IMG/VR virus record: IMGVR_UViG_3300033463_000014
Location: 32,001 to 96,000 of that record
Strand: one strand, 5' to 3'
Length of the DNA: 64,000 nucleotides
Source of the DNA: a virus
Taxonomy: Duplodnaviria; Caudoviricetes
The first letter of the stretch is position 1; every line of letters starts with the position of its first letter. The position numbers and the translations under genes are program-made. Below the pieces are notes generated by a model. That model saw only the letters and a program-made list of their open reading frames with translations. It searched no databases and was not told the DNA's origin. Below, piece by piece: positions 27,201-34,614 of the stretch.

Positions 27201-30200
27201 CGCGTCGCGCGGCATCTTATCGTCCGGGATGACGTCCGAGACGACCCCCTTTAGAGAGAAATCGGGGCACAGCTTGTCGCCGGGCTTCACAGGAGGGTCG
27301 CTGTTGACGATCACCTTCGCGCCGTGCGGTCCCGACACGATGTCCGTGACGACTCCAGGCCAGTCGTGCTCCCACTTCTGTGATCTGTCCGTGATGGCGT
27401 TCCTCAGGACGCCGGAGAGCTTTCCGAGCTGTGCGTTCTCCGGTGACAGCATCTTGGGCCCGATGGCGAGGATCATGGGGTCGTCCCTGTGGAGCACGGT
27501 ACCGACCTTTACGACGCCGTCGTCCCCGATCGTGTCGGCCTGCGCCTTCGTGTAGGCCGACGGGAACGCCGCGAGGAACTTCGACCTGGCGATCTGCACG
27601 CCGTTCTTAGTGTCCTGCTCGAAGTTGTACGTGCGCGACGTGGCGAGCTTCTTCGCCGCGGATTCCGAGATCACGATGGCGTCCTCGAACGACGACGTGC
27701 CCTGCGGGGCGGGAAGCACGGCGACCTTCAGGTTCCGTCCCATGGTGACCGTTCCGGTCTTCGGGTCGGTGAAGTTGGAGTTGGCGAGGATTCCGCCCTC
27801 CTCCACCTCGTCTCCCTTTTTCACCTGGGCGGTGAACGAGAGGGAGGACAGGCGGTTGAACGGGAGGCCCTTGACGAGCGACGCGGTGTGCTCGCGGCCG
27901 TCCTTCCCGCGGAGGACGATCTCATTGTCGCTCACCTTCACTACGGTACCGGCGAACGGGGCCGTCAGGCATCCGACCCTCCGCCCGTAGTACTCGCCGT
28001 ACGTCGTTTTCCCGTCGTCGGTCAGGCTCTCGACAAGAGGAACCTCTCCCTCTTTCTGGGGGAGGAACTGCTCCCAGAACTTCGACATGTAGAACTGGCG
28101 GGCGCCCATGACGGCCGTTGGCATCGGGTTCATGTTGATGCCGGCAGACACGGTGTTGCCGAACCCAGGCACCATGAAGTCCACCTCGTCCCTGGGGACC
28201 ATCGTAGGCACGCCCTTGCGCATGACGTAGAGGTTGGGTGACTTCGGGTCCTGGCCCGGGAAGGCCACGGTGTGGGACGACGCGTCGTTCAGGGAGACGT
28301 AGCGGGTTTTACCGGTCCGCATGTCGATCATCTTGTTGTAGATCCGGTTGTCGCTCCCCTTCATCGTCCCGAGCGCCGCCCTGACGTCGATCCCGATGCC
28401 GAACGACTCAGGACCGCTGATGAAGTCCACGTAGCCCAGGTAGTCACCCTGGACGTTGCGGGCCTCGTTGGTCACGAGGTCGGGCGAGGAGATGCCGCCC
28501 TCCCCAAGGCGGGTGATGCGGGACTGCTGGGTGAGGAGCGACATCGGGTTCGCCTCCTCTCCTGGCATCGCGAGTCCGGACCCCGAGAGAAAGGTGTCGA
28601 GATAGGGCCCGAGCGCGTTCCTGGCTATGCGGGCCAGCGAGCGGTCCCGCTTCGCCCTGAACAGGAGGGACTTCGTGAGGCGTCCAGAGTCGCGGTCGAT
28701 GCGCTCGCGCATCATGTCCTCCACCCCGTAGAACCGGCTGAAGCGGGGGTTGTCGCGCTCGTCCGGCTCCTCAGCGCCCCTGTTGATGTTCAGGAGCTTC
28801 TGCGCGGCCCTGAGCATGACCTTCCCGGTCACTCCAGAGGCGTTCTCAAGCCCGAGCGTCCGGACGACGACGTCTGGGTCGAGCCCGCTGGAGGCAAGCG
28901 ACTCGGAGATGAACGAGGCCTTCTCGGACGGGGTCAGGCTCATGTCGGCCCGGCGGCCGGCGTAGCGCGCGTAGACCTTGTCGACGGCCCTAGGGTCGAA
29001 CTTGGCGATGTTCACGTTCGCAACGGCGTCTCCCCAGGACTTCCGCATGTCGTCATCCGACACGCCGAGGGCGCTCAAAATGGGGTAAAGGGGGACATGG
29101 CCCTGTCCGACGCTCATGTTCAGTGCGCCGGTCGACCTGTCCAGTCCGATCCGGAAGCCGAGCCCGTTCGCCACGTTGAACTGGGACTCGAGCTCGCCGT
29201 TCTGCTTGCGGCGCACGTAGACCCCGGGGGACAGGCGGGCCTGAGAGATGACGGTGTACTCGCTCCCGTTATTGATGATCGTTCCCCTGTCGGTGTAGTA
29301 AGGTACCCTGATGACGCCGTCCCTTCGCTCGTCCAGGACTTTCCCGGTGCGCTTGTCCGTCAGGCGCCACGTCCCGGCGACAGAGCATCCGAGGCGCCTG
29401 TTGTTCAGGATGGCCCTCTTCTGCTGCTCAAGCGTGTAGGAGGTAGGACCCTCGTATTTAACGTCCAGAAGCTCGAGGCGCACGTCGTCGTTCTCGATCG
29501 GGAAGCGGTTCTTGACGGCTTCAAGGACGTTGTCCATGATGGCCTGCCGAGTGGCCGGCGCGTCCGTGAACCCGCGTAGCCTCACGCCCGGAGGCACGCC
29601 CTCCATGGGATCGTCGGCGTCGTCCGCCTGGGAAGTCTTGACTATGCTCTTCTCTTTCTTATATCCGGAAGCAGTCTCCTCGTCGTCAAGATTCTTCTGA
29701 GCCTCTTCCCGAGTGTTGAACACCTTCCCGGGATGGTCTCCGAACCCGCCGTACATGGCGAGTCCGGTGGTCTTAAACCTTCCCCCTTCTTCGATGTCTG
29801 GGGAATCTAGCCAGCAGCAGTAGTAATCCTTTCCGTTGGACCGCTTCCCGCCGTAATAGTATCCTACGATCTTACGTACCTTTCCACTCATCCTCGCGTG
29901 AGGGAAGGTTACCCATTTCCCGATAGGAAATTTTTCCTTCATTTCCGCGGGGATATCATCCTCCTCATGACGATCTTGCGATGTCTTGACGATGCTCTTT
30001 TTTTCGGCTGGATCTGATTTGGCGGCAGGGGCCTTGTCCGCGGGAGCCTGTTTTTCGGTCTTGGCTGGATTCGAGGCCTCCTGGTTCAGGACCCAGACGT
30101 CACCGTTCCTCCTGAGCCTCTTCATGAAGTCGCTGTGGAGCTTCGCCGACTTCGCGACGGCCGCCTCGCTGTAGCTCCTGTTCCCGGGTATCGTGTGGGC

Positions 30201-31349
30201 AGGAGTAAACACCTTTCTCAGAAGCCAGTCGGCGTACTTGTCAGCGGTGAACTCCGCCCCGGCGGCCATGTGGGCCTTGTAACCGGACCTGGACGGCATG
30301 TAGACCTTCGTGAAATAGTCGATCTGGCTGTCGGACGAGTCTTGAAGCCCGTTCTTCGCGAGCCACGCCTTATAAGCATCAAGAGAGGGGCCCGTGTACT
30401 GGAAGAGCCCGCGTCCACCTCCCCCTCCCATCTGCTTAGTGGCGTAGTCGAATCTACCTCCTGTCTCCCTGTCTATGTTCGCCAGCACAGCGGCCTCTAG
30501 AATCGGGTTGTTCAGATTCTCGTGGAGCCTCTTTGCAACGTTATTGAACCTTTCGTAGACATCCACCGGACCGGCGGCTTGCTTTGGCGGGGGGATAACA
30601 ATTTTCTGCCCGATAGAGAGAACGTTCGGGTTCTTGAGGCTGTTCGCGGCGATCAGCTCTTTCAAAGGAACCTTTAGCTTTTGGGCGATACCGTAAAGCG
30701 AGTCGCCCTTCTGGACGACGTATTCGGACGGGCGATTGACAGGATTGACCTGGGCCGCCTTCTCGTTGACCTTTATCGGATCGACGATCGGAGCGACGGA
30801 CCTGTACTCGTGGAACGGCTTGGTCTTGCGGTCAGACGAGTCGATCCACTTCCTGAACTCGGCCTTGGAGACAGGCGTGATCCATCCTAGGCCATTCCAC
30901 CCCTTCTGGTAGCAGGCTAGGTAGGTCTTCTTGGCGTCCTCGACGCTGTCGAAACCGTACATGACCTTGTGCTCGTCGAACTTTCCGGTCTTGGGGTCCA
31001 CCTGGTCGATGACGAAGACGCACCCCTTCTCCGGATGGTCGGACAGGTAGATGTCCACCGGGTCGCCGTCCGTGTCTGTCGTGCCCCTGATGTCTCCGTA
31101 GTCGCATGCGAGAGCATTGCTCCACCTCGTCCCGTCCGGAGAGACCCCGGATCGGATTGACCCCTTCGGGTTCTCTATGGACACGCGGAACCCGTCGATG
31201 GACAGGTGGACCTTTCTGTAGTTCCCCGCCCTTCTCTGCCCTTCTGTGGGGTTCTCGGCTGCGTCAGGGGCTCCTGCGTTCACGGCGCGCTGCGCCGGCG
31301 AGGAGGCCTTTTTCGAGAAGATCGAGTCGATGGTTTCAAGTAGCGTCAT
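24078..31349 (-). CDS. rpoBC: Phage RNA polymerase polyprotein: InPase-like, LysM, tail-lysozyme-like, cassette, RNAP beta (with intein), RNAP beta-prime N-part to NADFDGD, N-intein
   Basis: 2423 aa. RpoB motifs: GTIINNGSEYTVISQARLSPGVY, SFEDAIVISES, PGDKL....LKGVVS, MNPMGFLSR, HHLAEKKFSAR, QPAKGG. RpoC motifs: GGLFD, WMISRVPVLPPMFRP, GRSVITP, VLMDRAPTWH, AFNADFDGD (NADFDGD at 24263-24243). Confidence 0.92.
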   Translation of the reverse strand: MTLLETIDSIFSKKASSPAQRAVNAGAPDAAENPTEGQRRAGNYRKVHLSIDGFRVSIENPKGSIRSGVSPDGTRWSNALACDYGDIRGTTDTDGDPVDIYLSDHPEKGCVFVIDQVDPKTGKFDEHKVMYGFDSVEDAKKTYLACYQKGWNGLGWITPVSKAEFRKWIDSSDRKTKPFHEYRSVAPIVDPIKVNEKAAQVNPVNRPSEYVVQKGDSLYGIAQKLKVPLKELIAANSLKNPNVLSIGQKIVIPPPKQAAGPVDVYERFNNVAKRLHENLNNPILEAAVLANIDRETGGRFDYATKQMGGGGGRGLFQYTGPSLDAYKAWLAKNGLQDSSDSQIDYFTKVYMPSRSGYKAHMAAGAEFTADKYADWLLRKVFTPAHTIPGNRSYSEAAVAKSAKLHSDFMKRLRRNGDVWVLNQEASNPAKTEKQAPADKAPAAKSDPAEKKSIVKTSQDRHEEDDIPAEMKEKFPIGKWVTFPHARMSGKVRKIVGYYYGGKRSNGKDYYCCWLDSPDIEEGGRFKTTGLAMYGGFGDHPGKVFNTREEAQKNLDDEETASGYKKEKSIVKTSQADDADDPMEGVPPGVRLRGFTDAPATRQAIMDNVLEAVKNRFPIENDDVRLELLDVKYEGPTSYTLEQQKRAILNNRRLGCSVAGTWRLTDKRTGKVLDERRDGVIRVPYYTDRGTIINNGSEYTVISQARLSPGVYVRRKQNGELESQFNVANGLGFRIGLDRSTGALNMSVGQGHVPLYPILSALGVSDDDMRKSWGDAVANVNIAKFDPRAVDKVYARYAGRRADMSLTPSEKASFISESLASSGLDPDVVVRTLGLENASGVTGKVMLRAAQKLLNINRGAEEPDERDNPRFSRFYGVEDMMRERIDRDSGRLTKSLLFRAKRDRSLARIARNALGPYLDTFLSGSGLAMPGEEANPMSLLTQQSRITRLGEGGISSPDLVTNEARNVQGDYLGYVDFISGPESFGIGIDVRAALGTMKGSDNRIYNKMIDMRTGKTRYVSLNDASSHTVAFPGQDPKSPNLYVMRKGVPTMVPRDEVDFMVPGFGNTVSAGINMNPMPTAVMGARQFYMSKFWEQFLPQKEGEVPLVESLTDDGKTTYGEYYGRRVGCLTAPFAGTVVKVSDNEIVLRGKDGREHTASLVKGLPFNRLSSLSFTAQVKKGDEVEEGGILANSNFTDPKTGTVTMGRNLKVAVLPAPQGTSSFEDAIVISESAAKKLATSRTYNFEQDTKNGVQIARSKFLAAFPSAYTKAQADTIGDDGVVKVGTVLHRDDPMILAIGPKMLSPENAQLGKLSGVLRNAITDRSQKWEHDWPGVVTDIVSGPHGAKVIVNSDPPVKPGDKLCPDFSLKGVVSDVIPDDKMPRDAATNEPYDMLMNPMGFLSRVAPGQIALMNLAKVAKKTGKQIRIPQLPPQEGWTAWVKRQMDENGVKESSDVFDPQTGRIIKNVGDGYAYVKAFHHLAEKKFSARGVDSAYTMDEQPAKGGDDGAKRMCFTADQPIRVLHGEESIGHIVDKKIPEYVWTRFDNGSWGYSLITNWFCRKGKMSEVLSISINYLPGSDNCSRKRVVYTGKTMHVTRQHHMYSFNKGEVLAGDLRPGDWLTTYGYVPTEDQMSILMGSMLGDGCICNINDNLCKSDRTNSLDVGCIPFYQEQHSHHQYAYVNWKIHCLGALVSSRKNTQRKSKTGFRRADGDDSHIVYFQIHRHDIAERLKNMFYRQPDGSLGRKSLVNVDLSNINDVGIAAWFLDDGCASEHTKNGVPTGSPFGAISTLNFTYEENCRLAEWLCGRLGAGVTVRTTHKTYKGVKKEYYYLGLSADACRSMARIVAKYIRPEDIPASKKWLINEVSRLYETYVGVDTAYALGSVPALVTSVRPYSDGKHGPDDEICLYDITVAKSHKYCASDCLVSNSGFDATALLSHGATDVLKDSITLRGSRNDEYWRRYRLGLPVEEPGVPFIYQKFLNTLRAGGVNVVEKGDVTSIMPQTDKDIDELAQGRVIDSSQMVDPDMNPVRGGLFDLGKTGGMGGNRWSMITLPDPVPNPMMEEPVRRVLGLTAKKMEAVLSGREELNGKTGGEALREALSKVDVDGAIEKARSEVLTRRGAQRDNAVKVLGYLKSANKMGISPSDWMISRVPVLPPMFRPVSKMGDVALVPDMNELYKELIEMKRNYEDLSRELPASALADERLAVYGAVKAAYGLGDPVTQEGRAKNLKGAVRQVIGTVPKMGMFQAKTVSKTQDLVGRSVITPNGNLSMDQIGIPEDMAWTIFRPFVERKLVQRGYSPVASKEMIDERNATARHILDDVMEERPVLMDRAPTWHKFNIMAFKPHIVKGRSINVCPLVCGAFNADFDGDQQIGSVRVSLTGKALDDFLSSKDIGCINLKFLINYHASNQKRSLGDADQKERGG
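24140..24168 (-). promoter_or_regulatory. Internal sigma70-like promoter upstream of the 22004-24106 ORF
   Basis: TTGCAT, 17 nt spacer, TAAATT with upstream TG, in an AT-rich patch about 35 nt before the ATG at 24106. Confidence 0.5.
25575..26822 (-). mobile_element. Intein with LAGLIDADG homing endonuclease in the RNAP beta C-terminal region (416 aa)
   Basis: Starts CFTADQPI, block B VTRQH, motifs LMGSMLGDG and IAAWFLDDG, ends YDITV...LVSN then Ser. Removal restores GAKRM-SGFDATALLSHGA (RpoB GGQRF-GEMEVWALEAYGA). AT-richer than flanks. Confidence 0.9.
29635..29999. repeat. 17-bp direct repeat (1 mismatch), copies 348 bp apart, flanking a 116-codon cassette inside the RNAP polyprotein
   Basis: gtcttgactatgctctt at 29635-29651 and gtcttgacgatgctctt at 29983-29999; both copies lie within KSIVKTSQ. 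Confidence 0.8.
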
Positions 31350-31464
31350 TTCTTCACCTGTGAGTTCTCAGCGCCGGTCACCGCGTTTCCTCTCGAATAG
31401 ACCGGAACGGGCCATTTTTCGTTGAGCCGGCCATCTTTGATCGGGTAGTGTATTAAGCGGTCTT

Positions 31465-33180
31465 CTAGGTTTTGGCATTCGAGACGGTGGAAGGCTGCGG
31501 AGCCATACCTGAAAGAGCCTTGTTCACATAGTTTCTAGTGAACATCCTCCTCAATCCCAGACCGTTCATAAGCCAGCTCAGGAATCTAAACCACAGGCTC
31601 CCTCCCCTAGCCCACCCGTTATTTACGATCATTCTGTTCGTCCTGTCCTCCACCAATTGGTTCCACCCGGGGTGACTCCCATCGTTTAGGTAGCTCGTGA
31701 ACAGGTCCCCTACCCTCTTGTCGGTGGTAACCCTTCTCTGAAGCTCATTCGGATCAAGTTTGGCGAACATGCCAAGCCTGTCCTTCGGAATCATCTCAAG
31801 CATTTTTTCCCTAGCGAGACGGGTATTCGGGTTTTCAGGGTCATACGCTTTCGCTATATCCAAAAGCTTATCCTTGTTCTTCTCATCGCTTATGATACCG
31901 TATATTTCGTTTACGGCGTTACCGTATCCTGTGTCATTAGCTTCATACGCATCCTTTGGGACGAATTCCTCCTTAATTTTGTCCACGGCCCTACTGAATA
32001 AGTTCACCGAGTCTTCCGCCTTTTTCTCCATTACAAAGTCCATGAACATGGCCTGCTTGATGGACGCGGCTGCGAGTGCGGCCTCAGGCCGGATCCTCAT
32101 GTCCTTACCGTCAACTGTCCTGTATAGGACGAACCGGTCGTCCGGTATCGAGCTGGACCTGTCCTTCGCCTCCTCCTTCTCCCTCTTGCGCATCTCCATG
32201 ATCTTGTTCGTGACCATCCACATGGCGACGGCCGGGATAATGAACGACGATCCTATCACGGCTCCGGTAAGCGAGTTGATGTTCTCTCTGGGACCGTATC
32301 CCTCCTCCTGGGCCGTTTTCTCGCCTCCGCCCTGCAGGATGTTGACGTAGCGATTCCTTGCCCGCTCGGCGTTCTTCATTGAATTCTGCGCCCTCATCTT
32401 GTTTACCCTGTCGACAATCATGGCGGACAGGTAGATGGCGCCGACCCCTCCAGCCGATATGGCAGTAGGGACGAAGGCCCCGGACTGGATGAACGCCTTC
32501 ATCGTCTTGCCAGGATGGGCTATGGCCTTCCACGTCGAGTCAGCCCAATCAAGGTTCCAGCCGTCGTCCTTGGCCGTTTTCTCGTTTGATCCGGAATCTT
32601 GCCCGTTTCCTCCATCCCCGTTATCGCGCTTCTCTCGCTCCTCCTCGGCCTTCATAACGCCGATCGGGGATGTCGGGGACACGAACCTTCCGGCGTCGTC
32701 CCTGGGGAGATCCGTCTTTTTGTCACCGCCTTTCTCCGGAACGTCATCCTTGCCGCCCTCAGGCTTCGCCTTATCGGGCTCTGGAGAGCCTGACCCGTCC
32801 ACGGCAGCCTTCGTGCCGAAAAAGTCGAACCGCCTCTCGCTCTTTCTCGATATCTCCCTCTTGAGACTGTCGATATCCTTTTTATCCATCCCCGAGATGT
32901 CCGTCTTCGCCACAGCGTCCGTTTCCCCTCCGAACATCCTCCTGTGCTCCTCCGGCGTCGGCAGGCCCTTTGTGAAGTTGGACTTATCGATGTCGACTAT
33001 GATCGCACTCTTGGACTTGTGAGGGTCAATGGCCTTCCGGCGCTTATCGTCCGACTTGACCCCGCTCGCGTACGTCCCGATCCCGGCCGACAGGACGCCG
33101 GCACCGAGAGCCCACCTCAGGTATTTCGCGAGTTCCTTACGCTGCCTTTCATCAAGTTGCAACTTAGCGCTCTTAATCAT
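31465..33180 (-). CDS. Putative internal virion/ejection protein with three hydrophobic segments, each preceded by a KxA motif
   Basis: Start moved to ATG 33180 (AAGGAG RBS), 571 aa; IKSAK, EKTAK, EKTAQ, EKKAE; TM-like WALGAGVLSAGIG, AISAGGVGAIYLSAMIV, GAVIGSSFIIPAVAMWMV. Confidence 0.65.
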   Translation of the reverse strand: MIKSAKLQLDERQRKELAKYLRWALGAGVLSAGIGTYASGVKSDDKRRKAIDPHKSKSAIIVDIDKSNFTKGLPTPEEHRRMFGGETDAVAKTDISGMDKKDIDSLKREISRKSERRFDFFGTKAAVDGSGSPEPDKAKPEGGKDDVPEKGGDKKTDLPRDDAGRFVSPTSPIGVMKAEEEREKRDNGDGGNGQDSGSNEKTAKDDGWNLDWADSTWKAIAHPGKTMKAFIQSGAFVPTAISAGGVGAIYLSAMIVDRVNKMRAQNSMKNAERARNRYVNILQGGGEKTAQEEGYGPRENINSLTGAVIGSSFIIPAVAMWMVTNKIMEMRKREKEEAKDRSSSIPDDRFVLYRTVDGKDMRIRPEAALAAASIKQAMFMDFVMEKKAEDSVNLFSRAVDKIKEEFVPKDAYEANDTGYGNAVNEIYGIISDEKNKDKLLDIAKAYDPENPNTRLAREKMLEMIPKDRLGMFAKLDPNELQRRVTTDKRVGDLFTSYLNDGSHPGWNQLVEDRTNRMIVNNGWARGGSLWFRFLSWLMNGLGLRRMFTRNYVNKALSGMAPQPSTVSNAKT

Positions 33181-33616
33181 CTCCATCTCCTTCATCGCAT
33201 TCATCGCCTTCATCGAATTCGCAGCCTTCGTCTGTCTCATCACCTTTTGACGGACTATCTCCTTCCCCGGCGAACTCCACATACTCGACATACTTCATCC
33301 AGTATGACGTCCCGTCTGGACGCCTAACAAGGTCCTTGCTCGTCTCGACAACGGCCTCAAGCCTTCCCACCTTCACGAGCAGACGCTTCCAAAGACTCTC
33401 GTACGCCTTCCTCTGATCAATGTCGGAAAGGTCGAATATCTCGACCTTCACCTTCTTGACCCTGAACTCGCTCCCGAATCCAGGAACCGGCGTCCCCCCA
33501 TCACCGCCTTCCGAAGCCCTGAATAGGGAATCAGGATTTATCGGGGCTCCAGTACAAAATGTCGGCACCCCCCTGCGGGCTGGACTTGACGAAACGAACG
33601 AGAATCCAGACATCAC
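33173..33616 (-). CDS. Hypothetical protein
   Basis: 147 aa; acidic repeat tail; overlaps both neighbours by a few nt. Confidence 0.6.
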   Translation of the reverse strand: MMSGFSFVSSSPARRGVPTFCTGAPINPDSLFRASEGGDGGTPVPGFGSEFRVKKVKVEIFDLSDIDQRKAYESLWKRLLVKVGRLEAVVETSKDLVRRPDGTSYWMKYVEYVEFAGEGDSPSKGDETDEGCEFDEGDECDEGDGDD

Positions 33617-34092
33617 GCGAGCCTCTCGTCAAGCGCGTCCATGAGCTCTCCGTACCGCTTCTCGTACTCATCGGACGGCATTTTCTTGTAGTTCCTGGCG
33701 AGGTCGTCCCTCATCCCACGGACGCGGTCCATCCACTTCGCGTCCTCGAGCTCCCTCGCCCTTCCAGCGTACATGGCCTCCACCTTCCTGTTGAACTCGG
33801 TCTCAGGGGACTCCCTTTGCATCCTGTCCTTGATGAGGTTCCACGCTACCGATCCGACCGTGCCTGCCCCAGCGCCGTAGACCGAGAGAGCCTTCAGGAG
33901 ATTCACCGTCTCCTTCGTGAGCCCCCAGGCGGCCGGAACTGGGGAAACGAGCACGCCTCCTGCGTTCTTCAGGACTTTGAGGAACTCGCTGAACGATTTC
34001 AGGTCCACTTTCGCCGTCTTCTCCATCAAGGCGTCCCGAACGCCAGCCCTGAAAAGCAGGCCACGCTCGCTTTCGCTGATATACCCTGTCAT
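33613..34092 (-). CDS. Hypothetical virion protein (MEKTAK, one hydrophobic segment)
   Basis: Start moved to ATG 34092 (GGAGG RBS), 159 aa. Confidence 0.6.
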   Translation of the reverse strand: MTGYISESERGLLFRAGVRDALMEKTAKVDLKSFSEFLKVLKNAGGVLVSPVPAAWGLTKETVNLLKALSVYGAGAGTVGSVAWNLIKDRMQRESPETEFNRKVEAMYAGRARELEDAKWMDRVRGMRDDLARNYKKMPSDEYEKRYGELMDALDERLA

Positions 34093-34106
34093 CAAAACCT
34101 CCGGAT

Positions 34107-34451
34107 CTAGTATTTCCTGATGGCCGAGACGGCGCCTATGCCGGTCCCTAGCCCCTTGAGAAAGCCGTTGTTCGTGAATGCTCCCGTTATGACCCTTCCG
34201 AGGATGCCTCCTCCGATCATTCTGAGCGCGTTTTCCGCCGGCGACGTGCTCCTGAGTCCGGAGTCGATAATGCGCCCGAACGCGTCCCTGCGCTCCTCTG
34301 GAGTCCCGATTCCCCTCGCCTGGGCGACGCCTATTGCGTTGAGGACGTCTGCGACCGACGGCTCGGGGTTTTCCCGTCCTACGGTGGGGGACCAAGCCTG
34401 GCCGTAGAACGCCAGCTTCTGAAGGGTTGATGCGTGTCTGTCAGTGATCAT
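34107..34451 (-). CDS. Hypothetical virion protein with glycine-zipper C-terminus (QKLAF)
   Basis: Start moved to ATG 34451, just downstream of a TGGTATAAT motif (possibly leaderless); 114 aa. Confidence 0.6.
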   Translation of the reverse strand: MITDRHASTLQKLAFYGQAWSPTVGRENPEPSVADVLNAIGVAQARGIGTPEERRDAFGRIIDSGLRSTSPAENALRMIGGGILGRVITGAFTNNGFLKGLGTGIGAVSAIRKY

Positions 34452-34460
34452 AACTGACTG

Positions 34461-34469
34461 ATTATACCA
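34461..34469 (-). promoter_or_regulatory. Extended -10 promoter motif TGGTATAAT
   Basis: TGTGGTATAAT about 10 nt upstream of the ATG at 34451. Confidence 0.6.
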
Positions 34470-34484
34470 CAAACGGGATGAAAG

Positions 34485-34603
34485 TGGCGGACGGGGCGGG
34501 GGTCGAACCCGCATGCCTGGATGTCGGATGGTCCTGCGCCGTTCCGCGGCGTGTCCGATTCCGGTCGAAAGGAACAAAGCCCGGCATCGGACGGCTCCCG
34601 TCC
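34485..34603 (-). ncRNA. tRNA-like RNA (119 nt): 7-bp acceptor stem, T-arm and encoded CCA, non-canonical core
   Basis: 5' GGACGGG pairs with 3' CCCGTCC followed by G-CCA; T-arm GCGGG-TTCGACC-CCCGC; intergenic; no canonical D-arm or anticodon arm recognisable. Confidence 0.5.
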
Positions 34604-34614
34604 TCACGGATAAT

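Noticed and set aside
24078-31349. Host bacterial rpoBC operon
   Set aside because: Highly diverged, streamlined, fused to phage-type domains, embedded among virion genes, and lacking ribosomal-protein neighbours.
34485-34603. Canonical tRNA or tmRNA call
   Set aside because: No recognisable D-arm or 7-nt anticodon loop, too long for a standard tRNA, and lacks the G3-U70 alanine identity and tag ORF of tmRNA; reported as tRNA-like instead.
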